Source: Blepharisma stoltei ATCC 30299 (taxonomy: Eukaryota > Protista > Ciliophora). Taken from it: 64,000 nt of DNA. Both the position numbers and the translations under genes were made by a program. Below the pieces are notes generated by a model. That model did no database searches, was not told the DNA's origin, and worked only from the letters and a program-made list of their open reading frames with translations. The stretch is from NCBI GenBank assembly GCA_965603825.1, contig CBFDEM010000037.1, forward strand, positions 248,001-312,000, in the 5' to 3' direction. Below, piece after piece: positions 37,269 through 48,605 of this stretch; position 1 is the first letter of the stretch, and each line of letters opens with the position of its first letter.

Positions 37269-38205
37269 TTATAACCATTAATAATTTTGATAAAAATTAG
37301 AGATAATTTAGCAGTAAAAATACTGAATATACAAACTTACTTTTAAGAATATGATCACTTAGGGTAATAAATCTCGCTATTGAAATTGTTTACACAAATA
37401 TTAAATTATAAGTTTGGATTGGTTAAGATATTTTTAATTTCTCATTTATGGTTGAAGATTAATCAAATATTCAGTAAACATTTTTCACTGAAAAATGGAC
37501 TGTTTTTCATATTGAAGAAATCTATTGAAAAATGCATTAACTTTGATAAGCTGCCTTTTATACTTATAAACTAGATTATAAATCGATATTTACATTAGAA
37601 ATTCATTTAAACCACTGCTCTCATGCTTACCACTGTATGACTAATTAAGATAATTTATCTAGCAAGTAAACATTATGGCTAGGCTTACCATTATCTCTTT
37701 TCAATATTAGAAGAGTTTATTACTAGGTTTTGTACACATAGTTAGACAGATTATCATAGGACGAAATAATTAATTCCTTAAGACTGTTATTACTTTCGTT
37801 AATTAGAAGAGACTATTTACTATGCTATAGGAATAAAAAAGCTCAAATTAATAAAGCAAAAAATATAAACTATTTAATAGAATTATTTTAATTCAGTAAA
37901 GGCCTTTTTATACATAAATATTCCAAATATTATATGCCATTATTATCACTTTAATATCATATAGAAACTTTTTATTTTATAAATATTCTAATATAAGAAT
38001 CCTTATATTTCTATCTCAAAAATCCTTTTCTTTCCTCTCTATAATCCATAGATCTAAAATTTTATTTTTCCTTTGCACCTAATTCTTTCCATATTCATTT
38101 TTACTATCCGAATACGTCATATATTTATCTATAAATCCCTTAAAATTCCTTATATCATTTAAATAGTTTCAATAGCTTTGTAATCACTGATCCATTACAA
38201 TAAAT

Positions 38206-39564
38206 ATGCCGATCGACCTAAACAGGCTTAGAACAGAGCGTGGTGGAGACCCTAATGAAGTCAGAAATTCCCAAATTGCTCGCTTCAAAGATGCAGGATT
38301 GGTTGATCGCGTTATTGAGCTTGACCAAGAGTGGCGTCGTGCTAGATTCAACCTTGAGCAGCTCAACAAAGAATTCGGCCAGCTTAACAAAGCAGTCGCT
38401 GAGCGTAAAAAGGCAAACAAAGAAGACCCATGCACTGAAGAAAACGCCAAAAAAGAAGAGCTTGACAAATTAATAGAAGAAGCCAAAGTCAAAGACCAAG
38501 AACTCTTAAACGCTGTTAATGAAGCCAACAACCTAATCGGAAACATTATCCACCCAAGTGTCCCTATTAGTGAGACTGAAGACGACAACAGAGTTGAAAG
38601 AACCTGGGGAGAACCTAACGCTATGGTCATTGACAACACCCCTGGACACTATTTCCATCATGCTGTGCTATCTAGACTTGATGGCTACGACTCAGAAAGG
38701 GGTGTCAAATTAGTAGGGCATAGAGGGTACTTATTAAAAGGAAATGGACTACTATTGAACCAAGCTTTAATTAACTATGGCTTGAACTTCTTAACACAAA
38801 GACAATACACCCTGATACAGCCACCTTTCTTTATGAACAGAAGCATGATGGCTCGTACAGCTGAACTGGCAGACTTCCATGACCAGCTCTATAAGGTGAC
38901 TGGGGAAGAAGGAGAAGAAGGCTTCTACTTGATCGCGACATCAGAGCAGCCTATATCTTGCATGCATCATAAAGAGTGGCTACCAGAAAAAAGCCTTCCT
39001 TTGAGGTACGGTGGGTACTCATCTTGCTTCAGAAGAGAAGCGGGAGCTCATGGAAAAGACACTTGGGGTATTTTCAGAATCCATCAATTCGAAAAAGTTG
39101 AACAGTTCTGCATCACAACTCCAGAAAAGTCTTGGGAAATGCACGAAGAAATGATCGCCACCTGCGAAGAGTTTTACAGAAGCCTTAACCTGCCTTACAG
39201 AGTCATTGCAATCGTTTCCAAAGAACTTAACTTGGCTGCTGCCAAGAAGTACGACTTAGAAGCTTGGTTCCCTGGCTACAAAACTTACAGAGAGCTTGTG
39301 TCTTGTTCCAACTGTACCGATTATCAATCCAGAGCAGTTGAAGTCAGATGTGGAGCCAAGAAACAAAACGAGACTGAAAAGCGCTACGTCCACATGCTTA
39401 ATGCTACTCTTTGTGCTACTGAAAGAACCTTATGTTGCATCCTTGAAAATTACCAAACTGCTGACGGCCTAGTCGTTCCTGAAGTACTTAGACCTTACAT
39501 AGGCGGAAGAGAGTTTCTTCCTTGGGTAAGAGAGCTTACAAAAGAGGAACTTAAGAAATTTTAA
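38206..39564 (+). CDS. SARS1: Cytosolic seryl-tRNA synthetase
   Basis: IGNIIHPSVP, YLIATSEQP, CFRREAG, GIFRIHQFEKVEQF, ELVSCSNCTDYQ, HMLNATLCATER. Confidence 0.97.
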   Translation: MPIDLNRLRTERGGDPNEVRNSQIARFKDAGLVDRVIELDQEWRRARFNLEQLNKEFGQLNKAVAERKKANKEDPCTEENAKKEELDKLIEEAKVKDQELLNAVNEANNLIGNIIHPSVPISETEDDNRVERTWGEPNAMVIDNTPGHYFHHAVLSRLDGYDSERGVKLVGHRGYLLKGNGLLLNQALINYGLNFLTQRQYTLIQPPFFMNRSMMARTAELADFHDQLYKVTGEEGEEGFYLIATSEQPISCMHHKEWLPEKSLPLRYGGYSSCFRREAGAHGKDTWGIFRIHQFEKVEQFCITTPEKSWEMHEEMIATCEEFYRSLNLPYRVIAIVSKELNLAAAKKYDLEAWFPGYKTYRELVSCSNCTDYQSRAVEVRCGAKKQNETEKRYVHMLNATLCATERTLCCILENYQTADGLVVPEVLRPYIGGREFLPWVRELTKEELKKF

Positions 39565-39613
39565 GCTACAGAGCACTTAAAACTAATAGGTTTATGAGGA
39601 AATTTAAATTAGA

Positions 39614-40507
39614 ATGATAAGATTTATTAATATTGGAAGAATATATATGTTAGATAATATTGTTAACACCCAACGATCATCATCTGTCAAGCATGCAGAA
39701 AGACTAAGCCAGTCCTCACATAGAGAAAGCATAAGTACAGCTTCTGATACCCCGTCTAGCACTCTTAAATGCACAAAACCCAAGCCTGTGAAGTTAATGA
39801 GGGCTATTCCTTTAAATAGAATAAAAGCATTTGAGGAGCCTGAAATTCAAATAAAACCATCAAAGACTTCACTAATAATAGATACTCCGCCAAAATCTTG
39901 CAATGAAAATGAGTTTGTATACACTACGCATTTATCGCCTTTGAGAATTCCGTCACCTGATGAATCTATGATATTGATCTCGACAACACAAATTCCTAAA
40001 AAGAAAAAAGCTAAAAGGCTGTTGATAAGTGAAGAAAAAGACATCACTTATATCAGGCCTACACATATAGAACTAATACAAGGGCTAAAAAAGATTAGAA
40101 GCTTGACTTTGCCTTTCCCATTTGCCCCTGAACTCCAAAAGCCAGATCTACGTAATTTCTATTTAGCATTTTCTTTAAGAAGTAGATCAGCACGCAAGCA
40201 TTTTAAAAAAAATAAAATTGAGTATATTGTGCCTAAGAATCCTATAGAACTTGGCACATTGCTGAAGAAAATGAAAGAAACTGAAAGAGTCCTTAGACAG
40301 GAAAATAATTTTTCGAAAAAAATTAGAAATTTAAAACCTGAAATACAGCTTACAGAAATACAGCAGGATAATAGTGTACAGAAAAAGAAAAAACATAATA
40401 AAAGTTTCGAAATACATGGAGGAAGAATTGTGAAGCCTTGTATAATACCGAATTCGGGGCTGATTATTCAGAATACCAAATCTTACAATAGCTATGAATA
40501 TATATAG
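39614..40507 (+). CDS. Hypothetical basic protein
   Basis: 297-aa ORF, no motif; start codon uncertain. Confidence 0.68.
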   Translation: MIRFINIGRIYMLDNIVNTQRSSSVKHAERLSQSSHRESISTASDTPSSTLKCTKPKPVKLMRAIPLNRIKAFEEPEIQIKPSKTSLIIDTPPKSCNENEFVYTTHLSPLRIPSPDESMILISTTQIPKKKKAKRLLISEEKDITYIRPTHIELIQGLKKIRSLTLPFPFAPELQKPDLRNFYLAFSLRSRSARKHFKKNKIEYIVPKNPIELGTLLKKMKETERVLRQENNFSKKIRNLKPEIQLTEIQQDNSVQKKKKHNKSFEIHGGRIVKPCIIPNSGLIIQNTKSYNSYEYI

Positions 40508-40512
40508 AAAAC

Positions 40513-41097
40513 TTAAATAATTTTATTGATATCATCAAAATAAGCTCGAAAAGTCTTATACCTCGATAAATTCCTATCCGCGTTATGAGTGGACAAATCT
40601 TTCCATTCTTCTTTTCCATTTGTCATTGACAATCCTCTCTGCTTTTTCTTTCCTTGATAATTTTTAAATCCATTCGAGTTTTTCTTTTCACTGGACACAA
40701 TAGAATGGCTTCGTTTTTGAATCCTCCCTGTTGTATTTAAAAACACGTTAGGAATGAACGAATCTTTATTATCTTGCTCAAAGTCCTTTGGGCTATCAAA
40801 ATACTCTCGCAGCTTTGTAGGGTAATTTTTATTATCCTTTGAAAAAGTATAGCAGAAACGATCATTTCAGCCACCTTCGAGGCGCTTTTGATCCCTGGGA
40901 AGGGCAGAAGAACCATTTGGGATTCTTTGTAGGTGCTTGGTAAGAGTAGCTTTTAGATTTGGGGATTCCAAAATTTTATACATTGGAGGGTATATAATTC
41001 TTCGTTTTGGACTTGCAGAAGACTTTCTAGCTGAAAATCTTGAAGGCTCCGAATCATTTTGAGTTGTCTGCTGTTTCGTTATCTCTATATTCGCCAT
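40513..41097 (-). CDS. Hypothetical protein
   Basis: ORFs joined by TGA 40867 (GGWNDRF..REYFD). Confidence 0.72.
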
Positions 41098-41212
41098 TTA
41101 TATCACTAAATCATGACCGTCTCATCAATTTTACTTATAGTTTACACAGTTCAAAATATTAGTCTATTTATAATAATTACTCGATATCCCTTCTCAGAAC
41201 ATCTGGCATATT

Positions 41213-41815
41213 TTAAATATCATTAAATTCCTCAATAAGCTGATCTACAATCATTTGTTTTTCCCTTATTGTGTCTGCGTGGAATTTTTCAGTATCTCTT
41301 TTCTCTTCTAGAAAAGAGAAATCAAAGTCCGGGAACATATTAGGAAAATTTGGCTTTTCCAATGGTGGTAACTTTACTACGTTTTTCTTGGGCAAGGAAT
41401 TATTGTCGATTTTAGGATCATTATTAGGAGCTGAGGCTTCAGGTACTTTTTGGGGGACAGTTTCTGGCTTTGATCGGGATGTGAGTTGTGGGATATCTTC
41501 TATTTTTTCGGTTATTTCTCCAAAGGAGGGTTTTGCATTATGCTTTGGCATATAAAGAATGTCTTTTGGGCTTTCTGTTGCTGTTTTAATGATTGGGATT
41601 TTCATTGCTTCGGCCTTTTTGTCATTTTTTTCAAGATTTTCTTTGACTTCTTTTTCAGGAATTATAAACTGGGCTTCTTCATCTGGAGTATCAATAGGAT
41701 CTACAGCTTTTCTTGGGGCAATTGGAATAGGTTTTTCGATTATTTCTTTTTCTTTTGGGGCGGGAGCATGAGTTTTTATAATCTCTCTGGGATATTTAGT
41801 CTCGATACAGCCCAT
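41213..41815 (-). CDS. Hypothetical Pro/Lys/Glu-rich protein, N-terminal MGC
   Basis: ATG 41815 in AAAATG context (alternative ATG at 41836). Confidence 0.68.
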   Translation of the reverse strand: MGCIETKYPREIIKTHAPAPKEKEIIEKPIPIAPRKAVDPIDTPDEEAQFIIPEKEVKENLEKNDKKAEAMKIPIIKTATESPKDILYMPKHNAKPSFGEITEKIEDIPQLTSRSKPETVPQKVPEASAPNNDPKIDNNSLPKKNVVKLPPLEKPNFPNMFPDFDFSFLEEKRDTEKFHADTIREKQMIVDQLIEEFNDI

Positions 41816-42078
41816 TTTTGAATAAAATAATTGCATAAATTTTGATTTATAGCATCATTAAATTATCATTTTTTTCTTTCATGGGCTTGCATATATTTAT
41901 TCTCCATATATATTCAATTTGATATTCTCAAAATAATTATAGTAACTATATTCTTATTCTAATAAAACGTATTATTATATTCAAAGTTTATCTTTATCTG
42001 TAAAACATTCCTATTTTATATATATCCTATCAATTTTTCTTAAAATTGTAAAGATTATGTTTTATAAATATTTTTTTG

Positions 42079-42708
42079 TTATTTCATTGCTTTTCTTTCT
42101 TCTTCTTTTTCCTCAAAAACTTTTTTGAACTTTTTCTCTTCTTTTTTCTCATTAAATAGCTTTTCCTCATCAGGAGATTGAGTAATTGTGTTCCATTTAT
42201 AATACTCTTTAAATGGCTGAGAAATATTTCCATATTGTCTTGGTTCAATAAAAGGGTGTCTCAATGGATCTTGCCCTGGCTCCAGCATGACATCATTTCT
42301 ATCTATATTCAAAATCCACCTCCTATAAAATAGCATATCTTTTCTAGGACTTAAAAATTGCATAGTAAGCATTGGTAGCCTTCTTGGGAATGGTGGGAAT
42401 TCTCCACTTTCCAACTTCTCTTTAACCAATTTCATTGTGTTAATAAAAAAGTCCATATCATGAGGATCAGTGATAGTTTTGGCTTCTCTGAAATATCCTT
42501 GAAATTCGATCCTTTTTTGCTCTTTTACTGAATATGAAGCGACCTTATCACGAATGAGCTTTTGGAGAGCGTAGTAAAGCTTTAACCGCTCTATTTGAGT
42601 AGACTCTATATAAGACTCTCTGAATTTTTTGGAAGACAGGCATTTAAAATAGTGAATAAAGCCTTTTCACCCATTGAAAGCTCGAGGTGTAAGCTTTTCA
42701 ATTGACAT
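42079..42708 (-). CDS. LYR-motif (Complex1_LYR-like) mitochondrial protein
   Basis: ATG 42708, one TGA=W; RLKLYYALQK..EFQGYFREAKTITDPHDM resembles the LYR..F..K..TDP pattern. Confidence 0.6.
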
Positions 42709-42737
42709 TTTAGTTATTAAGGATTATATGATAACTT

Positions 42738-43580
42738 TTAGGAATTTACTACTGTTCCAGAAGCCTTGGTAATTTTAAGTCTATTAAGTTTACTTTTCAA
42801 ATCACTTGCTTCCATCATAGTTTTCTGTATAGCACGCTTTATGCAATCAGCAAGCTCATTTTGGTTCATTGATTTCAGCGTCATCAATTCATCAGTATTT
42901 TCCATATCTGGACTTATACACTCTGTTATTGGCAAAGAACCTTCATATGAAGGAGATCTAGATAAACTTCCGTCTATTTCTTTTGAAATTGCATTTGTTA
43001 AATTTCTTGGTGAGTTTCTATAAGCATAATTAAAGAAAATCGTGTTTAAACATTTCGCCACAGTTTGTGTAGTAATGGTTTTTTCCCTTCCTCTTTTAAA
43101 TTTATAATTAGCTTGTGGTGTTTGAAAATACTGGTTATTCATTCTTGATTTTTTTAGTTTTTTCTTATTGACGCCAAATTTTCTCCTTTTGCTTTTCAGG
43201 ATTTTATAGTTTTCTTTATCGGAAAACATATCATAAGTCATATATTTTTTGTTCGTAGGATTATCATCATGGATAATCATTAACAAATTTTTTTCTTTTT
43301 CAATCTTTTTTGCGCGCTCTTCTTTGCGCTTTTCTTGCTCAATCCGTTTTTTGCCTAATTTGTAGGTCAGGGAGAGGTTAAAATTTTTATCAAAACGCTC
43401 TTCTGCAAGTGGTGGAAGGGATCTGAAGGTATTTATGCCAGGAAGCGATAAAAAGGTTTCTTCTTTGTAATTATGCAGTTCTCTTTGAAAAGTATTCAAG
43501 TTTGAGACAAATGAATCCAACTTTGTTCTAGCTTGCAATGGGGACTTTAAAGGTGGAAGAATAGGTGTAGATCTGGACAT
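42738..43580 (-). CDS. Hypothetical basic protein
   Basis: 280-aa ORF, no recognised motif. Confidence 0.68.
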   Translation of the reverse strand: MSRSTPILPPLKSPLQARTKLDSFVSNLNTFQRELHNYKEETFLSLPGINTFRSLPPLAEERFDKNFNLSLTYKLGKKRIEQEKRKEERAKKIEKEKNLLMIIHDDNPTNKKYMTYDMFSDKENYKILKSKRRKFGVNKKKLKKSRMNNQYFQTPQANYKFKRGREKTITTQTVAKCLNTIFFNYAYRNSPRNLTNAISKEIDGSLSRSPSYEGSLPITECISPDMENTDELMTLKSMNQNELADCIKRAIQKTMMEASDLKSKLNRLKITKASGTVVNS

Positions 43581-43718
43581 ATTTTTTGCCAGGTATTTAA
43601 ATGGATTAAATTTTTTTAGCTTAACGATAATTAATTGTCTTTTTTATTTTTTGTCAGCATCTTTCATTAGTTATTAAAGCTCAGCTTCTTATTTATAATA
43701 TAAATTATGTAAAATATA

Positions 43719-45293
43719 TTAAGATTTAGCTTTTTTTAACAATTCTTGGAGTCTAGATAGCCTTGCGTCAATATCACTAACTGCAGGCCCACTAGATTTG
43801 GGTGATCTTTTTCTTATTGGATTATTTTCATCTGTGACTCCTCCTCTTTGATATCCAGCTTTCGGTGAATTTCTGCTATTATAAGAATTCCTTGCATTTG
43901 GAGAATTCCGAGCATTATATGAAGTTCTTGAATTAGGAGAATTTCTTGTATTTGGTGAGTTTCTTACATTATATGAATTCCTGGTATTAGGAGAATTTCT
44001 TGCATTAGGTGAAGCTCTTGTATTTGGTGAGCTTCTTGTAGCTGGAGGAGAATCCCTTCTATTTGGAGGAGTCCTTTGTCTTGAATTAAGAGGACTTCTA
44101 TTAATAGAAGAAGCTGGAGATGTCCCTGGAGATCTTCCTCTGTACGGTTGAGTGACCCTTTGTGGAATTCTATCAGAGCCAGGTCTCGAAGAAGTCCTTG
44201 AATTTGTAGTAGCAGTTTTTGGAGAATTTGAGACTCTTGAGTATCCAGGGCTTCTAGCTGCAGGAGATCTACTTATTCTATTAGGCGAAGAGCCGACATT
44301 CTTGGCATTTCTTGCTTTTATTGCTGTTTGCAATTCACTTTCTAGCTGTTTAATCCTTTCTTTTTGTTTTCCATCGCATTCAGTTAATTTTTCAATTTCA
44401 ATTTGAACTTTATTTATTTCTTCGTTTAATCTTTTTTCGTTTTTTGCTGATTTGTCAAGCATTCCGCATAGACTTGTATATTTTGTCTTGATTTCTTTCA
44501 CTTCCATTCTTTCGTCATTTTCTGACTCTAATTGGTTTATTATTCCATCCATCTGCTGTTTTAGGCTATCAAGGCCTATTTGTAGATCTTCGTTTTTCTT
44601 TTTCAAAATCCTGACTTCTTTATTTCCTTCGATTTTTAATTTTTCATTTTCATCTTCAAGTATCTTATTTTCATTAATTAAATTTTCAATCTCCGGATTT
44701 TCTTTCCTCTGTGCTGAATTTATTGTCAAATTTTGCTCTAAAATCTGAAGCCTTTGTTTCAGCTGCGAATTTTCTTGATAAATCTTAATAATCCCTCCTT
44801 CTTCAGGAGCCGCATTTTTTATTGATTCCAATTCAAATCTCAGTCTCGAAATTGTCCTCTGTAGAGCCTCTGGGTCTGGCGTTTCTTGAAAAGCGAGAGG
44901 GAGTGGATAGTGAACTCTATCAAATTCTACTGTATAAGTTAAGATTAAGTAGCGTTTTGTAGTAACTTTAGGGTTAGGATCAGCTGAAGTATTTTGGGAT
45001 CTTCAATTGCGGAACATTGCAAGTTCTTGAGCTGTTAGGAGATCGATAATTACAGAGTCGCTCGAAGATTCCAATGAGGAAATGAGCATTTTGGTGAAGA
45101 TTGGGAAGCGTTTAAAAGAGTTCGCTTTTTGGGTCATTGATTCTATGTATTGATCGGTAAAGTCCCCTTGTCATTTTTTGCCTGTTTCTTTTTCTTCGAA
45201 AGAGATTTGAAGGGAGTCAGATTCTGCATGGAGGGAGTATAGGTATAAAGTGCCACGAATATTTATAGAGCCTGATTTTTCCGTTCTTTCCAT
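43719..45293 (-). CDS. CCDC61: CCDC61/VFL3 basal-body protein (SAS-6 paralog)
   Basis: Head domain missed by the track: KW(TGA)QGDF..YIESMTQKA.SFKRFPIF..DLLT..KRYLILTYTVEFDRVHYPLPL; coiled coil; C-terminal DIDARLSRLQ. Confidence 0.9.
43865..44040 (-). repeat. Coding 18-nt (6-aa) tandem repeat R-[NST]-S-[PY]-N-x, about 10 units
   Basis: RSSPNTRASPNARNSPNTRNSYNVRNSPNTRNSPNSRTSYNARNSPNARNSYNSRNSPK. Confidence 0.85.
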
Positions 45294-45748
45294 TTAAATT
45301 GTAATTTTTCATAGATGAAGATATCGAATTTCAAAGAGAAAATTAAATATTAATAAGAAGTAGAATCAATATTAAGGCTTGGAGAGTCTAATTAATTAAA
45401 AAGCTATTTGATAATTTAAATATATTTTAATACCATGCAATAAAGAGCACAATATAAAATGCTTGAACAAATTAGGTTTTAGGATCTTGGAATCTTAATA
45501 TTAGATGTTAAGTCTTCTATTTAGTTTAAAGTCAGACATTTTTATTATTAATTCTATTAAAAAATTAAGATATGGTGCTTTATATATAATTTTTCTGTTT
45601 AACTATAATTACTTATATTTTACAGGCGCCGTTATTTATATTCGATTTGCAATTGTGATTTACATTTCTGAGTCTAAAATTTTTTTTAAATGATTTTAGT
45701 ACTAGATTTCAGCAGATGATATTCGGGAAAAATGGCATGGAAATTAAT

Positions 45749-47059
45749 ATGGAAAATATCAAATGCTTTTTCTCAGACTGCGCTCTAAAGCCTCAGGGAT
45801 TCTGCGATTGCATGAGCTCTCCAACTCTATTTTGTGAGAGACACTGCTTTGACCACCTTCAAAGATTAGAAGAAAGTCCTCATAATTTTAAAAACCTTTG
45901 ACATTCTCCTTCTGAAGTAACAAGACAAATAATAATACATAAAGCTAATGAGCTAAAGCATAGTATTAAAAACAGCAAAAAATATTTGGTAGATGAGTAT
46001 AAAAAAGTATTTCAGTGTTTGATGGACTACCAAAGCAAATCATTAGCTATTTTAAATGATCTTGAAAAAAAAGCTGATAATTACATCAAAGCAGCATCGT
46101 ATCTTAAAGAGGTCCCAACCTATCCTGAAGCCACTACTTATCAGCTACTTTTAAGATTAAAGCCGGAAGAAGTAACTTATAGATTAAGAGCTTGAGAGAT
46201 TTCTAACGATTGATTGAAAACTCAACATATGATCGATTCAATTAGAGTTTCTTTTGAATGATTTAAAATTAATCCTTTTGTCGAAATTTGTGGTTGCCAA
46301 ACTAACTCTGAAAGCATTTTTTTTATTTGTGGTGATCATGTAAAAGAGTTAAATGAGTATAGGCTTGCTGAAAATAGACTTGTTAAACATCAATTAGATA
46401 TCCATGAAAGCATATGAAACAATACATCAATATGTGCTCTACCAAACCATGATTTGCTTTTTTACGGAAATTGGGTAAACAATGCTCACACTGGCTTTAG
46501 TTTTCTTATAGATAAAGGTAAAAATATCATGAAGCTGCCTACAGGAAAGGCTAATTGCGATTTAAGCTCAGTTTGGTATAATAATCATATTTATTCTTTT
46601 GGAGGTGTGTATGGAGCTTCTGAAAAATTTTGCTTAAAGAAAAACTCTTGAAAATCTTGCTGCAAGCTACCTGAAGGAAATTACCAATTCAGTACTAGTA
46701 TCATTTTTTGTGATATATTGCTATTAACTAGCCTTCGTTGTACAGACTTGATCAAATATAATTTTAAGAAAGACGCCTTTATAAAAATTTCAAATTTAAT
46801 ATTAGCCAAAGAAATTCATAAGAGATTATTTATTGGAAATTCTAGAGCCTATGTTATAGAGACATCTCAAAATATTTATGAAAGTGAAGAGCTAAACCCA
46901 ATGAGATGAAAAAATATTGGGAAGAATAATATTAAAAACGCATGAATTTGGTCTTTTGGGGCCTTTTTTAACGGTAAGTTATGGTTTATAAATTGGGAGT
47001 GCGATTTAATTAAATTCGATTTAGAATCAAAAAAATTGGATTTTGTGAAGAAAGTTTAG
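45749..47059 (+). CDS. B-box-like Zn finger + coiled coil + Kelch-like propeller protein (copy 1)
   Basis: Four track fragments share one frame across about 8 TGA=W; CFFSDC..FCDC..FCERHC..H; IYSFGG. Confidence 0.8.
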
Positions 47060-47272
47060 ATAAACATGTAATTAATTTTTACACAAACATAAAATCCCAA
47101 TATAATCAATCTAATTCTATTAATATTAAACGATATAGACATTAATATTTGATGATATCATTAGGCATGATGAAGGTTATTAAAATTTTAATATTTGTCC
47201 ACTTTTTATTATAGTCACAAAACTAAGAGGGCTTTTAAAAATTCGGGGAAATATGGCAGGATTATTTTTAAG

Positions 47273-48411
47273 ATGGACATTATAAAGTGTTTCATCTCAG
47301 AGTGTATTTTAAAACCTCAAGGATTTTGTGATTGCTTGGGCTATCCAGTGTTATTTTGTGAAACCCATTGCTATAATCATCTTCAAAATATTAAAGAAAG
47401 GCCCCACGAACTTCAAGATCTTTGGCACCTTCCGTACGAAAGTACCAGAAAAGTAATAATAGATGAGGCAAATCAATTAAAAAGAAGTATCAAGGATAGC
47501 AGAAAATATTTAATTTCAGAATTTAATAAAATACTTCACTTATTGGTTGGCTATAAAAATCTATCATTTTCTATCTTGAATAATCTTGAGAAAAAGGCTA
47601 ATGAATTTATTAAAGCAGCTTCATATATAAAAGAAGTCCCAACTTATCCCAAAGTAAAAGACTATCAGCTTCTTTTAAGATTAAAGCTTATTGAAGCAAA
47701 ATATAGAGCAAGAACTTGGAGGATATCCAGCGATTGAATTAAGACGAAAAAGATATTACTTTCTATTAAAAAATCATTTGAATTGTTTAGAATTAATCCA
47801 TTTAAAGAAATTTGCCATCTCTATACTTATTCTGATAGCATTTTTTATTTTTATGGTTATTCAAAAGAGCTTAAAGAGTTTAATTTTATTAGCAAGCAGC
47901 GCAAAGTATATAATCTTGATTTAAGGGAAAACATATGAAATAATATATCTGTGTGCCCTCTTCCTAATGATAGAATATTCTGTTATGGAAATCGCGCTAA
48001 TAATTCGATCACAGGCCTTACGTTTATTATTGAAAAAGATAAAACTATAAGCATGCTACCAGAAGGAAAAGCCAGTTGTGATTCAGGCTCAATACTATAT
48101 AATAATCATATTTATTCTTTTGGAGGAGTTTTAGGAGTTTCAGTAAAATTTTGTTTGAACAAAAATACTTGGAAATCATGCTGTCAACTCCCAAAAGGGA
48201 ATTATAAATAGAAGCATCTCAAAAGATTTATGAAAGCGCAGAGTTTGATCCAACAATATGAAAAGATATTGGAAGGAACTTTATTCAAAATTCCTATATT
48301 TGGTCATTTGGAGTGTATCAAGATAATAAGTTTTGGTTCATAAATTCTGAGACTGAATTAATTAAATTTGATTTCAAAACAAAGCAGCTTGGATATGAAC
48401 GAAACATTTAG
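47273..48411 (+). pseudogene. Zn finger/Kelch-like paralog (copy 2) with a 169-bp frameshifting deletion; premature TAG at 48209
   Basis: Colinear with copies 1 and 3 up to GNYK, then resumes in another frame at EASQKIYES; 1139 nt versus 1308 nt for copy 3. Confidence 0.8.
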
Positions 48412-48605
48412 ATAAATTATTTTCAAAATTTTTGATAATTAACAGAAATGAAACTATTTTGAAATCTATCTGCAAATTTCATAGTCTTTTCTATAATGCT
48501 GGAAGGCAAACTAATCTAGATTAATAAATTAGTAAAAAATTTTAGCTATAAGTCCATGAGAATTCGGTAATTTATTATGTTATAATAGCCATAGAATTAA
48601 TTAAT

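Noticed and set aside
35578-37574. Plus-strand ORFs 35578-35805 and 37380-37574 (likewise 45505-45693)
   Set aside because: AT-rich Ile/Lys/Asn/Phe composition typical of spacer DNA; the first two have non-ATG starts
43865-44040. CRISPR-like array
   Set aside because: Degenerate 18-nt coding repeat with no spacers, in a eukaryotic gene
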